A stretch of 62,485 bases of DNA, counting the filler, from Sphacelaria rigidula (taxonomy: Eukaryota), in assembly GCA_964200075.2 (NCBI GenBank). It is 9 parts of 9 records of this genome, joined end to end, with 100 filler letters (N's around TTAATTAATTAA, not from the genome) between each part and the next. Parts side by side here need not be neighbours in the genome. Positions count along the whole stretch, not along the records: positions 1 to 6,855 come from CAXNAA020017751.1; positions 6,956 to 13,810 come from CAXNAA020017752.1; 7 more parts are not named here. One strand, given 5' to 3'. The position numbers and the translations under genes are program-made. Position 1 is the stretch's first letter; each line of letters begins with the position of its first letter. This document shows, one piece after another, positions 1 through 13,254 of this stretch. A model generated the notes under the pieces. That model saw only the letters and a program-made list of their open reading frames with translations. It was not told the DNA's origin and did no database searches.

Positions 1-700
1 GGAGTAGTTTTGTTTATGCCTCTCTTCAGGTTGCCTACGCTTTTCGATAGGGTTACTAGGGAAGCATACGAATCGCTTCTACTTCCTCCCCTCAAACGTT
101 TGATCTGGACATGTGCACAGATGTTGGTACGAACGTTACACACAATCATACCGAAGTTTCCGTTTCAATTGTGTCTCCTTGGGCTGAGTTTACTGCACCA
201 ACACGATCTAAAATGGGAAATTATCAACTATGTGATGAGAGTACCGGATTACTTTGACCTGCGAGGCAGAACAAAGCAAGGGATATACTACAGTTCTTCG
301 TGCCACGCGTACAAACACGTGTGAAACATTTTAGCCGCGACCCGAAAACAGGAGGGGGAGGGAGAGTGAGGAGGGAGGGGTACCATTGTTCTTCCTCGGG
401 CGAGCTGTTCCCTTCTTTACCTCGTTATACTTTCAACGCATCTTTTTCCACGACGCGCGTCCGTAGTTGCAAGCGATGGCTTTATCACTTCCCTGCTACC
501 TGCCTGACAATTCAGGTATCGAGCTGTGGACCGGCACCCTCGCAGCCGGTAGACGTTGTTCGATGATCTTTCGCTTGTGGAATGAAATTTGAGTCTTCCA
601 CTTGACAATTGGACCTTGTACTGGAGGTTCAAACGGCCAAAAATCAAACATGAAATTCAGCTCTAAGTTATAGCTTCCAACTTTACACTTGACACGCCTG

Positions 701-797
701 TCGGAAAGCTGAGGCTTGATCGGAAGCTTGAACCTCCGACTCGAAATGTTCGCGCGAACATGGGTTTGAGACTTCGGGGAGCCAAGTCAGCCTTCGA
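701..797. repeat. Degenerate palindromic element with perfect core ATGTTCGCGCGAACAT (746-761); dispersed CACTTGAC(AATTGG) repeats nearby at ~599, ~686, ~871, ~902
   Basis: The arm cggaaagctga..ggcttgatcggaag is a loose reverse complement of cttcggggagccaagtcagccttcg. The 16-bp central palindrome is perfect. Confidence 0.5.
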
Positions 798-2899
798 TTT
801 CGAATTCCAATAATCGATCCACAAATCCTCGCGTTCAATGAGAAATGTGTCGAAAACCTTCGAAAAGGCGCCACTTGACAATTGGTGGCTTATGCGACGC
901 TCCACTTGACCTGACAACTACGAAGCGGATTGGAATCTTCACTGCAGATATATTTATTAAAACACGATGGTGAAGGTGACAAGAGATCACAGAGCGTTGC
1001 CTCCGATTAGTTCCCTCAAATCGCGCACTACGAAGTCAAAAAGTTGACACACACTTGGAGATATACAGGTGGAGAAGAGCATTAGGTATCATGTATTGAG
1101 TAATATCCGACCCAGTTGTCGTACCTCTGAGGCACTCGCTCAAGTTATCAGGTATTGGAATCAACTGATACACCGATGCACGGCGGTATCAGTGGTCCTA
1201 TCAAGTTGCGTTCGAGCTTACTGTGTGGGGTTTCTGCCGTTGATTTTGACACAGGCGGAAACTACGGCACAGTTGAGACCACTTGTGGTGTACTTTCGGT
1301 GAGACGAAGCCTGTGGAGCCGAAAGCTGATCGGACGACAACTCTAGTCAAGGGTTTTCCAATCCAGACCTCTTTATATACCGCATGACGATGATCTTGTC
1401 TTTGCAAAGCCTGATTACAAAACAAAAATGGGTCCTCATCGTATATTGCTTCTTGGGAGCTACTTTGGCATTACAACCCACCCCTCTCTGAGAACCAGTT
1501 CTGCTCTAAATTTCTGAAGAAAATGCACGCCTCACGTTTGAAATGCCTTCGATAGCAAGGGTATGACAGAAGCCTTTGAGCAGGAGGGACCAGGTAATCA
1601 ACGTCGTCGGTAGCATACGCGCTCGTACCGTAGGCACGCACATACCGTGCAACATACGCATTTGCGTGGCTCAATATCTTGATTGCAAACATTGACGCGT
1701 CCCTCGACAAAAATACTGAAGTGACACAGGGAGAGTGTCGACGAGAAGCCTGCAGGTATAATTTCGGTCAAATGTCTAGTTTGTGCTGCGAATCGTGATC
1801 CTACACGCTCTGCAAGCCAAGGAATATTGGGTGAAGGTTCAGCTGAGTATCTGCGTACCTCCCTCCCCCTCGAATATCCAAATTTAGTTCCTGCTGTAGA
1901 GCTCGTAAAATGACGAAGCACGCATGCCAGGTGACCCAATCGTGATTTACAAAAAAAAGTGGAAACCAGACCTCCCGTAAGGTGTAAAATTACATGGAAG
2001 GCTCAACGCCTCACCGCTCCATATCACACGTAAAATAGCACATATATTCGGGGTGAAGATCACGTGGATAACATTTTTGTTGTTTCTCAGGTAAATGCTG
2101 AGAAGTTGATGATGTATATCTTGTGTACACTCCTCGCGTCTATGGCTGCATGACTACCACAACATGAAATATCGACATATGCTGTGCCCCATACGTGTTC
2201 CTGTTGGCAAATGACCCGACACTTTCCATACCGCAGAAGGTGCGAGGGGTTTACGGAAGCGCGGAGGACGACACCACCGGAGTTGCGATCGCAGCGTTAG
2301 AGGTAGGCTATTTCGAATCAAGACTACAAACGAATGTAAATAAAAAATGTGCCGAGCCGTTGACGTCCGAGGCCTGCCACATTCTGAACTGCATGATGGC
2401 TATCGTTGTTTCGGCCAGTCGTTGAAGCCTATCGCGAATATTTTGTGTTCACCCGTACGACATTTTTCGTTCGTGTCATAGCATAGACAAAACACATATC
2501 ATTTATGTCGTGGACAGTAAGCCCGACTGCATGAACCTTCATGATAGGTACCCACCACTTATGATACGTTATGACGCCGCTAAAAGATTCCGACCGTGAC
2601 TGCCAGGCTCGAAGCATTTGCCCGACTTACAGGTTAGCTCGTGTTTCTGATAGTATGCGCAGGGTAACCGTCAGTACCAACATTCCGTACCAAGGTGAAC
2701 GTTGACCTTTTCATCGCCATAGTTCTTGATTGATTTTGCTGATTTCGCTGAAGAAAAAGAAGACAGAAAAGATGAAAAAGAACGACACATTACGCTAAGA
2801 ACACAAGGCAACGTGAATCGCCGGCCTCTGCCACATGGCTTCGGTGGAATGAGGTCTTGCCGAGAACCTTTCTCATATGCAGTCGTGGAAAACCAAACG

Positions 2900-5120
2900 C
2901 CGTGAGAAACAAAACGCAGCTCGTCTACTACGACCGCACTAATTGGGAATGGACCTTCTCCTCAATGGATCCGACGGAAGCGAGGCACCAAAGTGGTCTG
3001 GCATACATCAGCAGGAAATAACCAAACTGCTCTGGCATATATCCGCGAACCTGAGTTGACGTTTGCGGATAGTTGTCTCGATACGTTCGAAGTTGATCAT
3101 CTCGAGTACCGCTCTGTACGAAAGATTATTCTAGCCATTCCGATCTTTCCTGCGGAATGCAACCACTCGCAGAAAAAGCTTCTGATGGACGGTACTGTCG
3201 GAGTCCTGAAAAAGTAACGTCCTTGTGGCACATCCGTACAACAGGACTTCTGCCACCATCCCCGCTTGAAGCAGTCGGGCTTTCAACGATAGCTGGGCCT
3301 TAGGTGGATCATAAAGTTGGGAACTATATTTCCGGCGATGGACCTATGCTGCGCCGACGCGGCGGGTTATTTCAACGGATATTTTCGCATCCGTGCTGAC
3401 AACACCACGAAGGTGGACGAACTTCGTCGTCTGCTCATACCGTTGACCGGCCGCCCTCATGAGCAGGGAGGCCTCCGTGAAACTAGATACTGACCACAGG
3501 CGCATGGGTTCGATCTTGCTGTCGGAGACCGTCAGGCTGAAGTCCTGGCAGGTCACCACTACCACGGCCATCATTCGAGCAAGGCCGTCTGAGGTCCTCA
3601 AGACTATGCCTGCGTCGTCCGCAGAAAGCACTGCACACACCGCGCGCCGTACCGTGCCCAGCGGCGTCTTCTCCAGGGGTCCACCATCCCAGCAATTTGG
3701 CGTATCATCTAGAAAAACCAAGTCTGATATGATGACTGGGTCCACCGCGAACGGCTGTACAATCATGTCGACCAAGACTGCGCCGAAGATGTTGAACAAC
3801 AGTGAGGACGAAACGCATCCTTGTCTGAGTCTCTGGCAGACGTGGAACCACGCAGATAGTTCGCTACCATCTAGCGGTACCCGAGCTGCCATGCCGTCGT
3901 GTAACACACGAATGATGGTGATCATTCGCGGCGGGACTCCGAACCGAACGAGCACTCCCCACAGGAGCGTGTGGTCTACTGAATCGTAGGCTTTCTACAG
4001 ATCGATAAAGCACATGCTTAGTGGGTCATTGCTCGCCCGTCCCAACTCCTCCGGTCGGCGAACTACGAAGATCATGTCGGTGGTCGATCATTGGCGCCTA
4101 AATCCGCACTGTTATTCTGGAGAGTCATCGGTATCCTCGCAGGAATCACGGAGTCTATTGCCCACGACTTTGAGGAGAAGTTTAGCAGCATGTGCCACGA
4201 GTGAAATGCCCCTGTAGCTGCCACACTCGGCGCTATCCCTTTTCTTGTGTAGCGCTTTGACAGTGGCATCTTTCCATTCCTGCGGCATCTCGCCAGATGT
4301 CCAAACCGCAGCGACGACTGTCAGTGGCATCTTTCCATTCTGTGAAAGTGGTACAGAATGTCCGGTGCCTGCCCGTTTAGTCCAAGCTTCGCGATTTCAG
4401 CAGGTAGACCATCCAGACCCGTCGCGATTGCCGTTCGACATAGTTTTTAGAGCCTTCTCAGTTGCGCTCCTACTTGGCGGGTCTCCTAGCGACAGCATCA
4501 TCGGTCGTTGCGCAGTTTGCTCGATGACGGTTCGGTCCATAGTTGCCGATATGGAGTTCAGCATTGTGGGGAAATACTATTCTCATCTCTCATTAATCAA
4601 TCTCGTGTCCCACAGGATGTTCCCGTCCTTGTCTTCGGGGTAGCACTCACTCTCAACTTATCGTCCAGACAGCCTCCACCCTCCTCCGAGATGCCTGTGC
4701 CATTTGTTCATCCCCCCCACTCGAATATACTCCTCCAACCCTCTAGCATACACATCCATGTACTTGTCCACCCCAACTTGGATAATCTCTTGGACCGTTT
4801 TGCACGCGAATTGCAATGTGCACCATGCCGCTTTATCTCGCGATGGTCCCCGTCGCACCGTCGATCTCGCCCTTTCCCTCTCATTCCACACCTGTTCGAA
4901 CTCTGTTCGGATGGTAGCATCCTCGAACCACCCCGGTTTACGTGGCTTTCGGGTCAGACGAAGTACTACCTCTTCAGCGGCACTCAGGAGTACGCCGGCA
5001 AACTTCACTGCCAGTGAACTAACTCTGTCGCTGACGATGAGCTGAGTGAGTTTCTCACGTCGGTCGTTGCCAGACATTATTTCCTGCCTGTCGATCGCTA
5101 TACATCCAATCGGGATTCGT
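2900..5120 (-). mobile_element. RTE-clade non-LTR retrotransposon (LINE) reverse-transcriptase remnant, frameshifted
   Basis: Minus-strand fragments in correct order: [80 protein letters not shown] (degenerate YADD), KFVHLRG, LLYGC and ERIETTIRKRQL. There are multiple stops and frameshifts. Ends are approximate. Confidence 0.9.
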
Positions 5121-5130
5121 CTTGGGAGTA

Positions 5131-5390
5131 TTTCTACGATAGCCCCCCCCCCAAGCCAGGCCAAACTGTCACGAAAATAATGGTCATACAGCGCCTGATA
5201 TTTGGTTTCAGGCTTTATGGAGTACAGTACCTAATATGGGCGACAATCGCAATAACGAACCCTAGCGCGGGAATGACGAGCTGCTCGCTGTGCTCAGCAT
5301 TTTGCATTTCGAGTCACGTGCAGATTTCACCTCCCCAAACCAGACCCTTTTTTTGTTTTTGGGGGGGGGGGGGCTATCGTAGAAAGTGTC
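5131..5390. mobile_element. MITE (~260 bp) with TIRs TTTCTACGATAGC(C)n / (G)nCTATCGTAGAAA(GTGTC)
   Basis: Inverted termini are visible at 5131-5152 and 5361-5385. The right part (aacgaaccctagcgcgggaat...gatttcacctccccaaacca..GGGCTATCGTAGAA) recurs at 14445-14568, and the terminus alone recurs at 13924-13944. Confidence 0.75.
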
Positions 5391-5396
5391 TAGGCC

Positions 5397-5773
5397 TGTT
5401 GTGTGCGAAGCAACGAAGGAACCGCACTGAGGCGCTCACGATATTGTCGTTAGAGTCCGGCGAGTTTGGAGGTTATTGGTGAACGGTGACATTGTGAACA
5501 AGCCTGTGGTGATCTTGCTGTGTGAGGATGTAGTCAATGCGTTTTTTACTCGAGGGACGACTCCCAATACCACTGAAGGTACGCGACGTGCTTCTCTTGA
5601 GGGTGGGAACGAACGTGTTTGCAGAGCAAGCCTGTTGTCGCCTGCGAATCGCAGTAAAGAGGTACCGTTACTGTCGCTCGATTAGGAATCCCCGCCGTAT
5701 GCCTCACAATTTTACATTCTTCCTCGCCTGTTCGTATCCCACCCCTAGCATTAGCGTGCACTAAAATTCAACA
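5397..5773 (+). mobile_element. Possible LTR (TGTTG...CAACA), followed by AGTGG (PBS-like start)
   Basis: Canonical TGTTG/CAACA inverted ends enclose 377 bp. I see no target-site duplication and no second copy. Confidence 0.25.
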
Positions 5774-6855
5774 AGTGGTGTTTGTTGCGGATTTGGCTCA
5801 TTAAGAATATCTCTCTCTCTTCTCTTGACGTGTTTGTACGGGCATGTGCTACTACAAACGTAGCAGCATTTGACGTTCCCCCGAGATCGAAAGTCATCGA
5901 CATGAGGCGTTCACTGATGAGTGTCTGAGTCTACGTCGCCTCGGTGATGATCGACTCCCTAACCGCCAACCCGACTCCATATTTTCCAGTCCTTTCCTTG
6001 CACCCTTCGGCCCCGCAACAGAAGACACGATATCCCGTCGCAAAGAACTCGGCTCGGCCTGGTCTCCTCGAGTCCTGCAGACCGATGATGTCACATCCAA
6101 CTGCTTGGCATGTTTGCAGGACTACCTCAGCACGGCCAGCTGTGTTGTTTCGCGTGAGGGACAGTGTACGGACGCTTTATATAGGTCGCCCCTTTGAGCT
6201 CCCTGGTACTTGACCTGGCTTTAGCCTTCTCTATATCCACACGTCTTCCTCTTTGTTCTACCCTCATATTTGATCTATTTCATGTTCTATTTTTACGGGA
6301 GAGTTTCCTTTTTCTGATCTGATTTTCCTTTGGCACGTCTGTCATGGCACTCACCTTGCTTTGGGTCTGATATGGAGGGTATAGCCCTCCCAGGCTACGT
6401 TCGCCGCTATCTCCAGTCCGCCGAATCTGGTACCTACTCACACGTGCCTCATCCCCGTCAACGTGCTTGCCGTGACGTAGAACGCTGCAGCTGCGGGGTT
6501 CAATTCGTTTCCAGTGCAGGGTGAAGCTCCGAATTTGCAGGAACTGACTGGACGTCAGCACTGTCTGCATGATCCGCTGCCTATTTAGACTGTGTGTCGC
6601 ATCATCATTGACACGAAACACAGGCTAGACTGTAGGTCAAGTTACTCCAAGCTACTTGTTGGTTGTGTCGTCGATGGGGTTAGCTTACCACGACACAACA
6701 ACCATCCCCGGTCGGGCGGAAATCGGGGGAAGAAAATTCAGTTGTCGTCGGAGTATTTGCGAACAGTGCGTTTGGAAAGGTGTGTAATGCGTGAGAGGAC
6801 CGCGTGCTTAGAGGACCGCATCGGAATTTGAACATCCCTATGGTTAGGGTTAGGG

Positions 6856-6955
6856 NNNNNNNNNNNNNNNNNNNNNNNNNNNNNNNNNNNNNNNNNNNNT
6901 TAATTAATTAANNNNNNNNNNNNNNNNNNNNNNNNNNNNNNNNNNNNNNNNNNNN
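6856..6955. other. Artificial contig-joining linker (44N + TTAATTAATTAA + 44N); identical linkers at 13811-13910, 20765-20864, 27719-27818, 34673-34772, 41627-41726, 48580-48679, 55533-55632
   Basis: Eight identical 100-bp spacers carry a six-frame-stop core. They separate segments of 6855, 6855, 6854, 6854, 6854, 6854, 6853, 6853 and 6853 bp, i.e. size-sorted contigs. Confidence 0.98.
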
Positions 6956-9942
6956 CCCCCCCCCCCTGGGGGTCCCCGGCCAAAAGGAGGGGTGGGGGTA
7001 AGTGAAAAAACAAAAGAAAGAAAAAAAAAAAGGCGCCCCCCCCCCCCCCCCCCCAGTCGTCCTCCCTCCTCAAATCCCAGCCCACCTGTCAATATGTGTA
7101 GTGTGTCGGAAACAAGGTACGATTCAGAATATCCTACTGTACGTAGTTTCGCGGCAAAACTAGCCACGTTTCAGCACCAGCAGCTACGTCACAGTTGTAG
7201 CAGGAAAGTAGGAGTCATATATAGTGCGAACAGACTAGCCGAACAGGCAAAATCACAGTCAGGTGAAATAATGAGAAACCAAGATAAATAGGTCAAGTGC
7301 TGTAAGGGCAAGGTACCGAAGAGTAAAAAAAACGATGAGCCACGTACGCACAGTCAAACGCGAAGTCCACGTCATCAAGGATGTCGATGTGCAGTTTTAT
7401 GGTACGAAGAGTTTTTTTAGATGAACTGCAGCTTTGAGGCAACTCCCCTTGTTTTCATTCCGTATCTTTCCAATCAAATAGGCTCACCAGTCCGTTACTA
7501 GTTCTCTGCGTTGACAAGAGACAATATGTTTTCTTTGTCAGCCACACAAGCGCCTGTGAAAGCCAATGGCTTTATTTCTCATAAGAATTGCACATCGATA
7601 GTAACTTGACGGTTCTGTGCACCCTCTGTGGACTTTTCTGTCATCAAGACGGTGGAGCCTAGTCCCCTTTGTCAATTCACACAGGTTGAGCAAACTCCTG
7701 TCTGTAGAGCAGTTAAACAGCTATCTCTACACATATTTTATGCAAATATAACAATTTGCATTTACGATAGCTTATGAGTCTCGTGGTCTTCGTGCGTGGG
7801 CAATGATACGTGACTATTGTACCGAAGTCAGCACCAGCGAGGAGGACTTCCCATCAAGGTCGTCGACCTGCAGCAAGGAAGGAGCGTGGAAGTCCCGCCA
7901 AGACGACGAAGACAAATTGTGGAGCTCTATCCGTGTAATGAGCACCATTTAGAGATTGGCAATACCCTATTTATGGCAAGCCCTGCGCGTACGCGATCTC
8001 ACATATTGACCTCATGATCGCGCAGTTGTTCAAGCTACAGAGCACACGGCGACTTTGCGACAGAACGGTTCAGGTAATATTTCCGTGCAGAACTTTTGAA
8101 GGCATCTACACTTATTGCATTGTACTTTCCGAGCCATCAAAGAAACACGAGAGGCAAAGCAGATTGCTAGATAAATTCATTGTTATCAAGTATATACAAA
8201 ACAGAATGATGTACTCAGGACATCAAAACACAAGCAAATGTACGCAAGGTACTCGCTTACGAGTAAAAAACACCTTTATTCAACTTTAATTCAAATACCC
8301 ACCAGACATCGCTCAACAGGGACGCAACAGCACCCCAAAATTCGTCCCACCCCACTACCAGACAACTTTATGGAAAACTAGCTACAGAAATATCAAAAGG
8401 TCTGACAGCTGCCGGAGGATAACACGATGAAAAAATGAAATATTTAATTTTAGGCTCACCTTTTCTCCGCCATAAAATCGCTAAAAAAAACAAACAACAG
8501 TTTTCTTCTCGTGGAGAGCGTCGCATTGCCGCGCTAAGTTTCCCCCCCCCCAATTGCATCACCTCCAAAAGTTACAAAAACAGATGAATGCACCGTCTGA
8601 GCTTTTGAACAACGGTCACAAATCGATTGATGACCAAAAACACTGGCGAGAAAAAATCCAAACTTGAACGAATCGCGAAATATGATAGCAGCACTACGGA
8701 AGACCGACATCCGAATCGCGCTCTCTGGCGACGTCAACCAGCGAATCTAGTCTTCCACCAATTTCATGGCCAAACCGCCTAGTCAAAACAAAACTGTAGG
8801 CATCAACGATTTAAAACCGCACTTTGCACAAGTCATCGAATTAACGCCCATAGCAGGCGAAAGGAAAAAGCTACAATCACTCAAAGATTTAAAACAACCT
8901 ACGTTCAACAAACAGGCTCGAGTACAAAGAAACGAACACGGGCGAGGATCCTCACCCCAGTCTACAATATCTGACCAAGCACCCCCTGCCGGCACGATAA
9001 AATAGGGCCGTGAAACAGTCACAATGGTTGAGCAGAACTCCCTCGCACACGAGGAAGACATTCAGCTATGTGTCATACTCTACGCTCGTCATCGCTCCGG
9101 CGGACCGCCGTCCTGAGCCTCGGACGTCGATTGAATCGCTAGCTGCATTAACCGGCATCACAACAACAACAATAAACGGAACGACGACAGCCGTGGAAAA
9201 AAACGTCAAGCAGCACAAACATGGCGAGGTGAAAGAGGCTTCCGCCAAGACGATCTTCGATTTTTGTCACTCGTGAGGAAAAAATAAAAAGTGCCATACG
9301 ACTTAACGTAGGGTCTGAGCTGCACCACTCCGAGTATTCCTTTGCTTTTGATTTCCCTTCACGGCTAAACACACGCGGAGTTAGCGACGGCCGGCCGTTG
9401 AGCACGCCATGGGCAAAGGCGAGAAGCAGTGTTGATATACTTACCTACATGCCTTTGTGAGACGGGGAAAATAGGCAACATAGCTGAATGAATACAAATA
9501 TATTTTTTAGATGGGGTGATGTACACTTCAGGGGTGCTTGTTCCATCGATGATTCCTCAATCTCTGCGTGTACCACGCAATAGGCCACACAGCCGACATG
9601 TACGTTGACCATTGGATGCGCTTTGGCCAGGGCCCGAAGTCATCCGGGGATGATTCGCCGGTATCTCGACGGGTGTCGAGAAAAGCAGGTCACGAAGGCA
9701 CCACCAGCACGAACACTACTCGCAAATATTCCCCTCAGTTAGTTCATTCCATCGTCTACCTGTTCCCGTTCAACACGACTAGTGATCACTGCAAGTCGAA
9801 AGCACACGGAGACACAGTATTGCTAGTGCTAAAAGTCATGCTTGATGCTCTGCACCAGTTTCCTCATCGAAACTTTTAAGTACCTGTTTTTTGGGGTAAA
9901 AATCTACCTATCATTCAGCGGCCCGGTCAACCACACCACCAC

Positions 9943-12900
9943 CTTGACGAGGACCATGTGGATGTGACCACGCTTGTAGGCCCAGTGCTCCACATGTCGA
10001 TTTCTTTTATCTCGCAGTGCTGGGTTAGCCCCGTGCTGCCAAGTAAGTATCGATCGCGACGACGGGGAGCATACGAGGACAGGAAAGGTAGGGACGTGGG
10101 GCGGAGAGTGCGATACGACGCGGGCCGTGATAACATTGAACCTACTCGTGTGCCTTACCTTGTAACACGGCTAGGGCGAGCCGGCACCTGCCGTCGCCTA
10201 GTCGACCTGTTACTGGGCCGCTTTTGCACTCTGCCTTGTACTTTTACGAACTCAAAAAGGGGTTAACACGAGACAATTTTCAAGCTTCAGCAGCACATAC
10301 CCGGCAGCCCCTCTTAAACGACCACTGACGATACAAGCTGTACGCGCTACATATGTTTATTTTTCAGAGCTCACGCAAGATTACCGAACGCATTTTCCGG
10401 CACGTGAAGACGCACTTGAGCCGATGCAGCACACTTACCTGCACCAGCAACCGCACGATTTTCAAAGAGCCGGAAGCCGCGCCGTGCATGAGAGCCGTCT
10501 CCCCTTTGGCGTTGGGGCGGTTGACCTGCTTCCAAAATCACGCAAGCGGTACAATTAACGCAAGGGCAACGCATGTAGGACACTTGACGCTACCAGGACT
10601 TCCGGGCGGGAAAGTTCACTTCCCCGTTGACGACGCCGGGAAGGGAAAGGGGCACCTTCGCGAACAGAAGGCGCCAGCGAATGACGCAGTCGAATGTCGC
10701 GACAGTGACCGAGGGGCTCTGCACAGCATGATACTAAATAGCACGTGCGCAACAAAACGCCTCAGAATGTCTTGGGCAGAGGAAGAGCAGTGGTGCTCAC
10801 ATCCATGCCGGAAAACACGGCATATAGTATACGTCACCAACAAGTACCGCACATACAGTACCACCGACACCAACACAAAAGCCGCGGCGGCGGCAATGAC
10901 CACCGTTATTGACAACGCTAGGACCATACGCGAGCTTTGTGGGAGATACGGGGCGTGGCTCTTGTCGCGAAACTCAGTATTCATCACCTGAACCCCTGGA
11001 CACTGGAGGATGACGTTAACGCATTCGTCTCGCCCGTTGGCGCTGGCTGCGATGAGAGGCGTGTAGTACGGATTGGAAGAATCTATAAAGTTGAGGTTGA
11101 TGTCTTGCTTCACCAGCCCTTTCAACAAAACCAGCCGGCCCTGCAGCACAAGCAGATAAGACCACGATGAATGGATTGTCGGTTTTTGAGGTCAAGGATT
11201 ATATGCATCATGCGCACACGTACGTGGGAGGGGACAAAGCCACCGTTCCGCATACCACTTTTGCATTTGGCATGGCAAGACATTCATGGGATAATAATGC
11301 CAATGTTCCCCGCATCGCGGCTTCTGTTGCTATACCTGCGCTGCAATGTCCGTGATGTCCAAGCGTTTCGGGTCTGCGCTGATAATACCCGCAATGCCCA
11401 GGTGACCGGCCGCAATCGCCAAATCAGAAGCCGTCTTCCTGGCTTTATCCTTCTTGAATCGCCCGGCGCCGTGCCGCAGAAGCCTCAGCACACATCCCTC
11501 GCTACCGAAGCGTGCCGCCTGTAGTTCGGGGGCGTTTTGGAGGCAATTATTTTCAATTCCACAAGCTGGGACAACTATTCACGGCACATTTTGATGAGCG
11601 ATGAGGCTCGCATCCCCACACATTCGGTCACATCACGGAAAGGCTGTCAACATACGTCGCCGACAGACGAATAACTGGAGAAACGGGAGTCACCACATGT
11701 GGATGACAACGAAATCGAATGCATAAAAATGGTCAAGGCACGAGTCATCGGGAAAACACAGTAAGACTGACCTTCGACACCTCCAGAGATGATCGGCTCG
11801 GTCGCTTTGAAAAGCGTAAATGAAACATGAAAAAAATACATCTTCATTATACTGATGTGCACTATTGCCCCGACTGCTTAACAAATAACCTAGACACTAC
11901 GAAAAACGGTTGCAATACTGCTATACCTGCATCAGAGCTGTCCGACCCAGCGCGTCCCGCACATCCACCTGCGCAACACATGGTAAAACAGATGGAGAAA
12001 ACCACCAGCATCGACTGTGAACCACATCAACACACTCCAAGTACGGTGAATTATCGCAAAAAATAATAAAACTAATCTAATTTTGGAGTCTGGGGAACGT
12101 GAAGCCTTCCCTTCATTGACCGTAAATTGAGAACAAAGGCGAGGAGTGTTCATCCCGCCTTCAAACGCAAGACAACCGAGTAGCGCCCCGAGACCTACAG
12201 CGCTCTTTCTTTCGATCATGGACAAAAAAGTAACACGAGCAGCGGCTTAGCCACGACAAAAGCTGCAGCGCAACCGACCACAACAACAAGGTAAGGATGC
12301 CTTCCACATTCCCAGTTCACACTCCTTGCCTCTTTACGCAGGCGACCCATTTACGCCCACCAACCTTGACTTCCGAGTCAGCCAACAGCGCCTCCACGAC
12401 TCTATGCCGGCCGAAGATCGCCGCGGCAGCAAGGGGAGTCAAGGCGAACTCTTCAGGCTCGAACGCGGAACGGTATTGGTTAACCCGTACCATCAGATTG
12501 GGCACATCCGCCACCCGCGGACTCTCAAACAAACGCCTCATTTTCATCACTCGCGCCTCGTTGCCCGAGATGCCCTGTGCAAAGTACCATGGACAGGCGG
12601 GTGGGTGCGGGAGCGCGCGCGGGGGTGTGTGATCTGGTCAACATTAGCGCAAGCGGCATCTCCTCCACCACGAAGTGCTGCAGTCAAGGTAGGCTGGGTT
12701 TAAACGTATGCTTCACGATTAATGGCACACTATTCGTTCTAGCTGACGTTCGACTTATACTCAGGGTAGCGTTCTGCGTAGATTCGAGTCAATTCTTCAC
12801 TAACATTCGTTGGAACTCAAGTCAAATTCAGAGTCAAGTCAGTCAAAGTCAAAGCCAGCGCTAAGGTTCCAGCAAATGAATCAAAGTCTGAGACTGATAG

Positions 12901-13069
12901 CCTAGTGTTGCTGCCACATCCGGAGGCACTCGCCTGTCTCATGAGGGCCCAGACCTCGTGCACCCGACCGGCGGCAGCGGCCTCCTGGACGGTGCACACC
13001 GCCGGGTCTACTTTGAGGATACACGCTACTTCATCATGCCCCGCAGACTCCGCAAAACGTAGCGCCGTT
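9943..13069 (-). CDS. Ankyrin-repeat protein, partial. Exons (minus): 13069-12934, 12574-12365, 11968-11927, 11518-11336, 11140-10988, 10525-10439, 10035-9943
   Basis: All six internal introns join in phase 0 with CAG acceptors; five have GT donors and one has GC. The spliced product is ..TALRFAESAGHDEVACILKVDP..EAAAAGRVHEVWALMRQ|GISGN..LTPLAAAAIFGRHRVVEALLADSEVK|VDVRDALGRTALMQ|AARFGSEGCVLRLLRHGA..KDKARKTASDLAIAAGH..DIAAQ|GRLVLLKGLVKQDINLNF..YTPLIAASANGRDECVNVILQCPGVQ|VNRPNAKGETALMHGAASGSLKIVRLLVQ|HGANPALRDKRNRHVEHWAYKRGH.., which matches the ankyrin TPLxxAxxxG consensus. I found no 5' exon on this contig, and the 3' end is unresolved. Confidence 0.9.
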
Positions 13070-13254
13070 CTGCTCGGCGAAAAAAACGCGAGGGAAGAGC
13101 ATGACATGATTCAACGTGATTACCCGTTTGATAACGAAGAGCTTTTGTCTCTTCACTAGAATAGCAGCCGTGTATGGAGCCGACCTTCACAGCGGCATGT
13201 TTTTTTCCTTTGTCTTTTGCTCTTGTCTTTTGTTTTCTATTCCTTCTTTTGTTT

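Noticed and set aside
1000..2800. Coding-like composition and short ORFs (also 41900-46200 and 28000-30400)
   Set aside because: I found no consistent frame, splice chain or recognisable domain. It is probably very old TE debris but cannot be assigned from sequence alone.
6900..6911. Periodic TTAATTAATTAA palindrome every ~6954 bp as a biological repeat
   Set aside because: It is always embedded in exactly 44+44 N, so it is a synthetic six-frame-stop linker.
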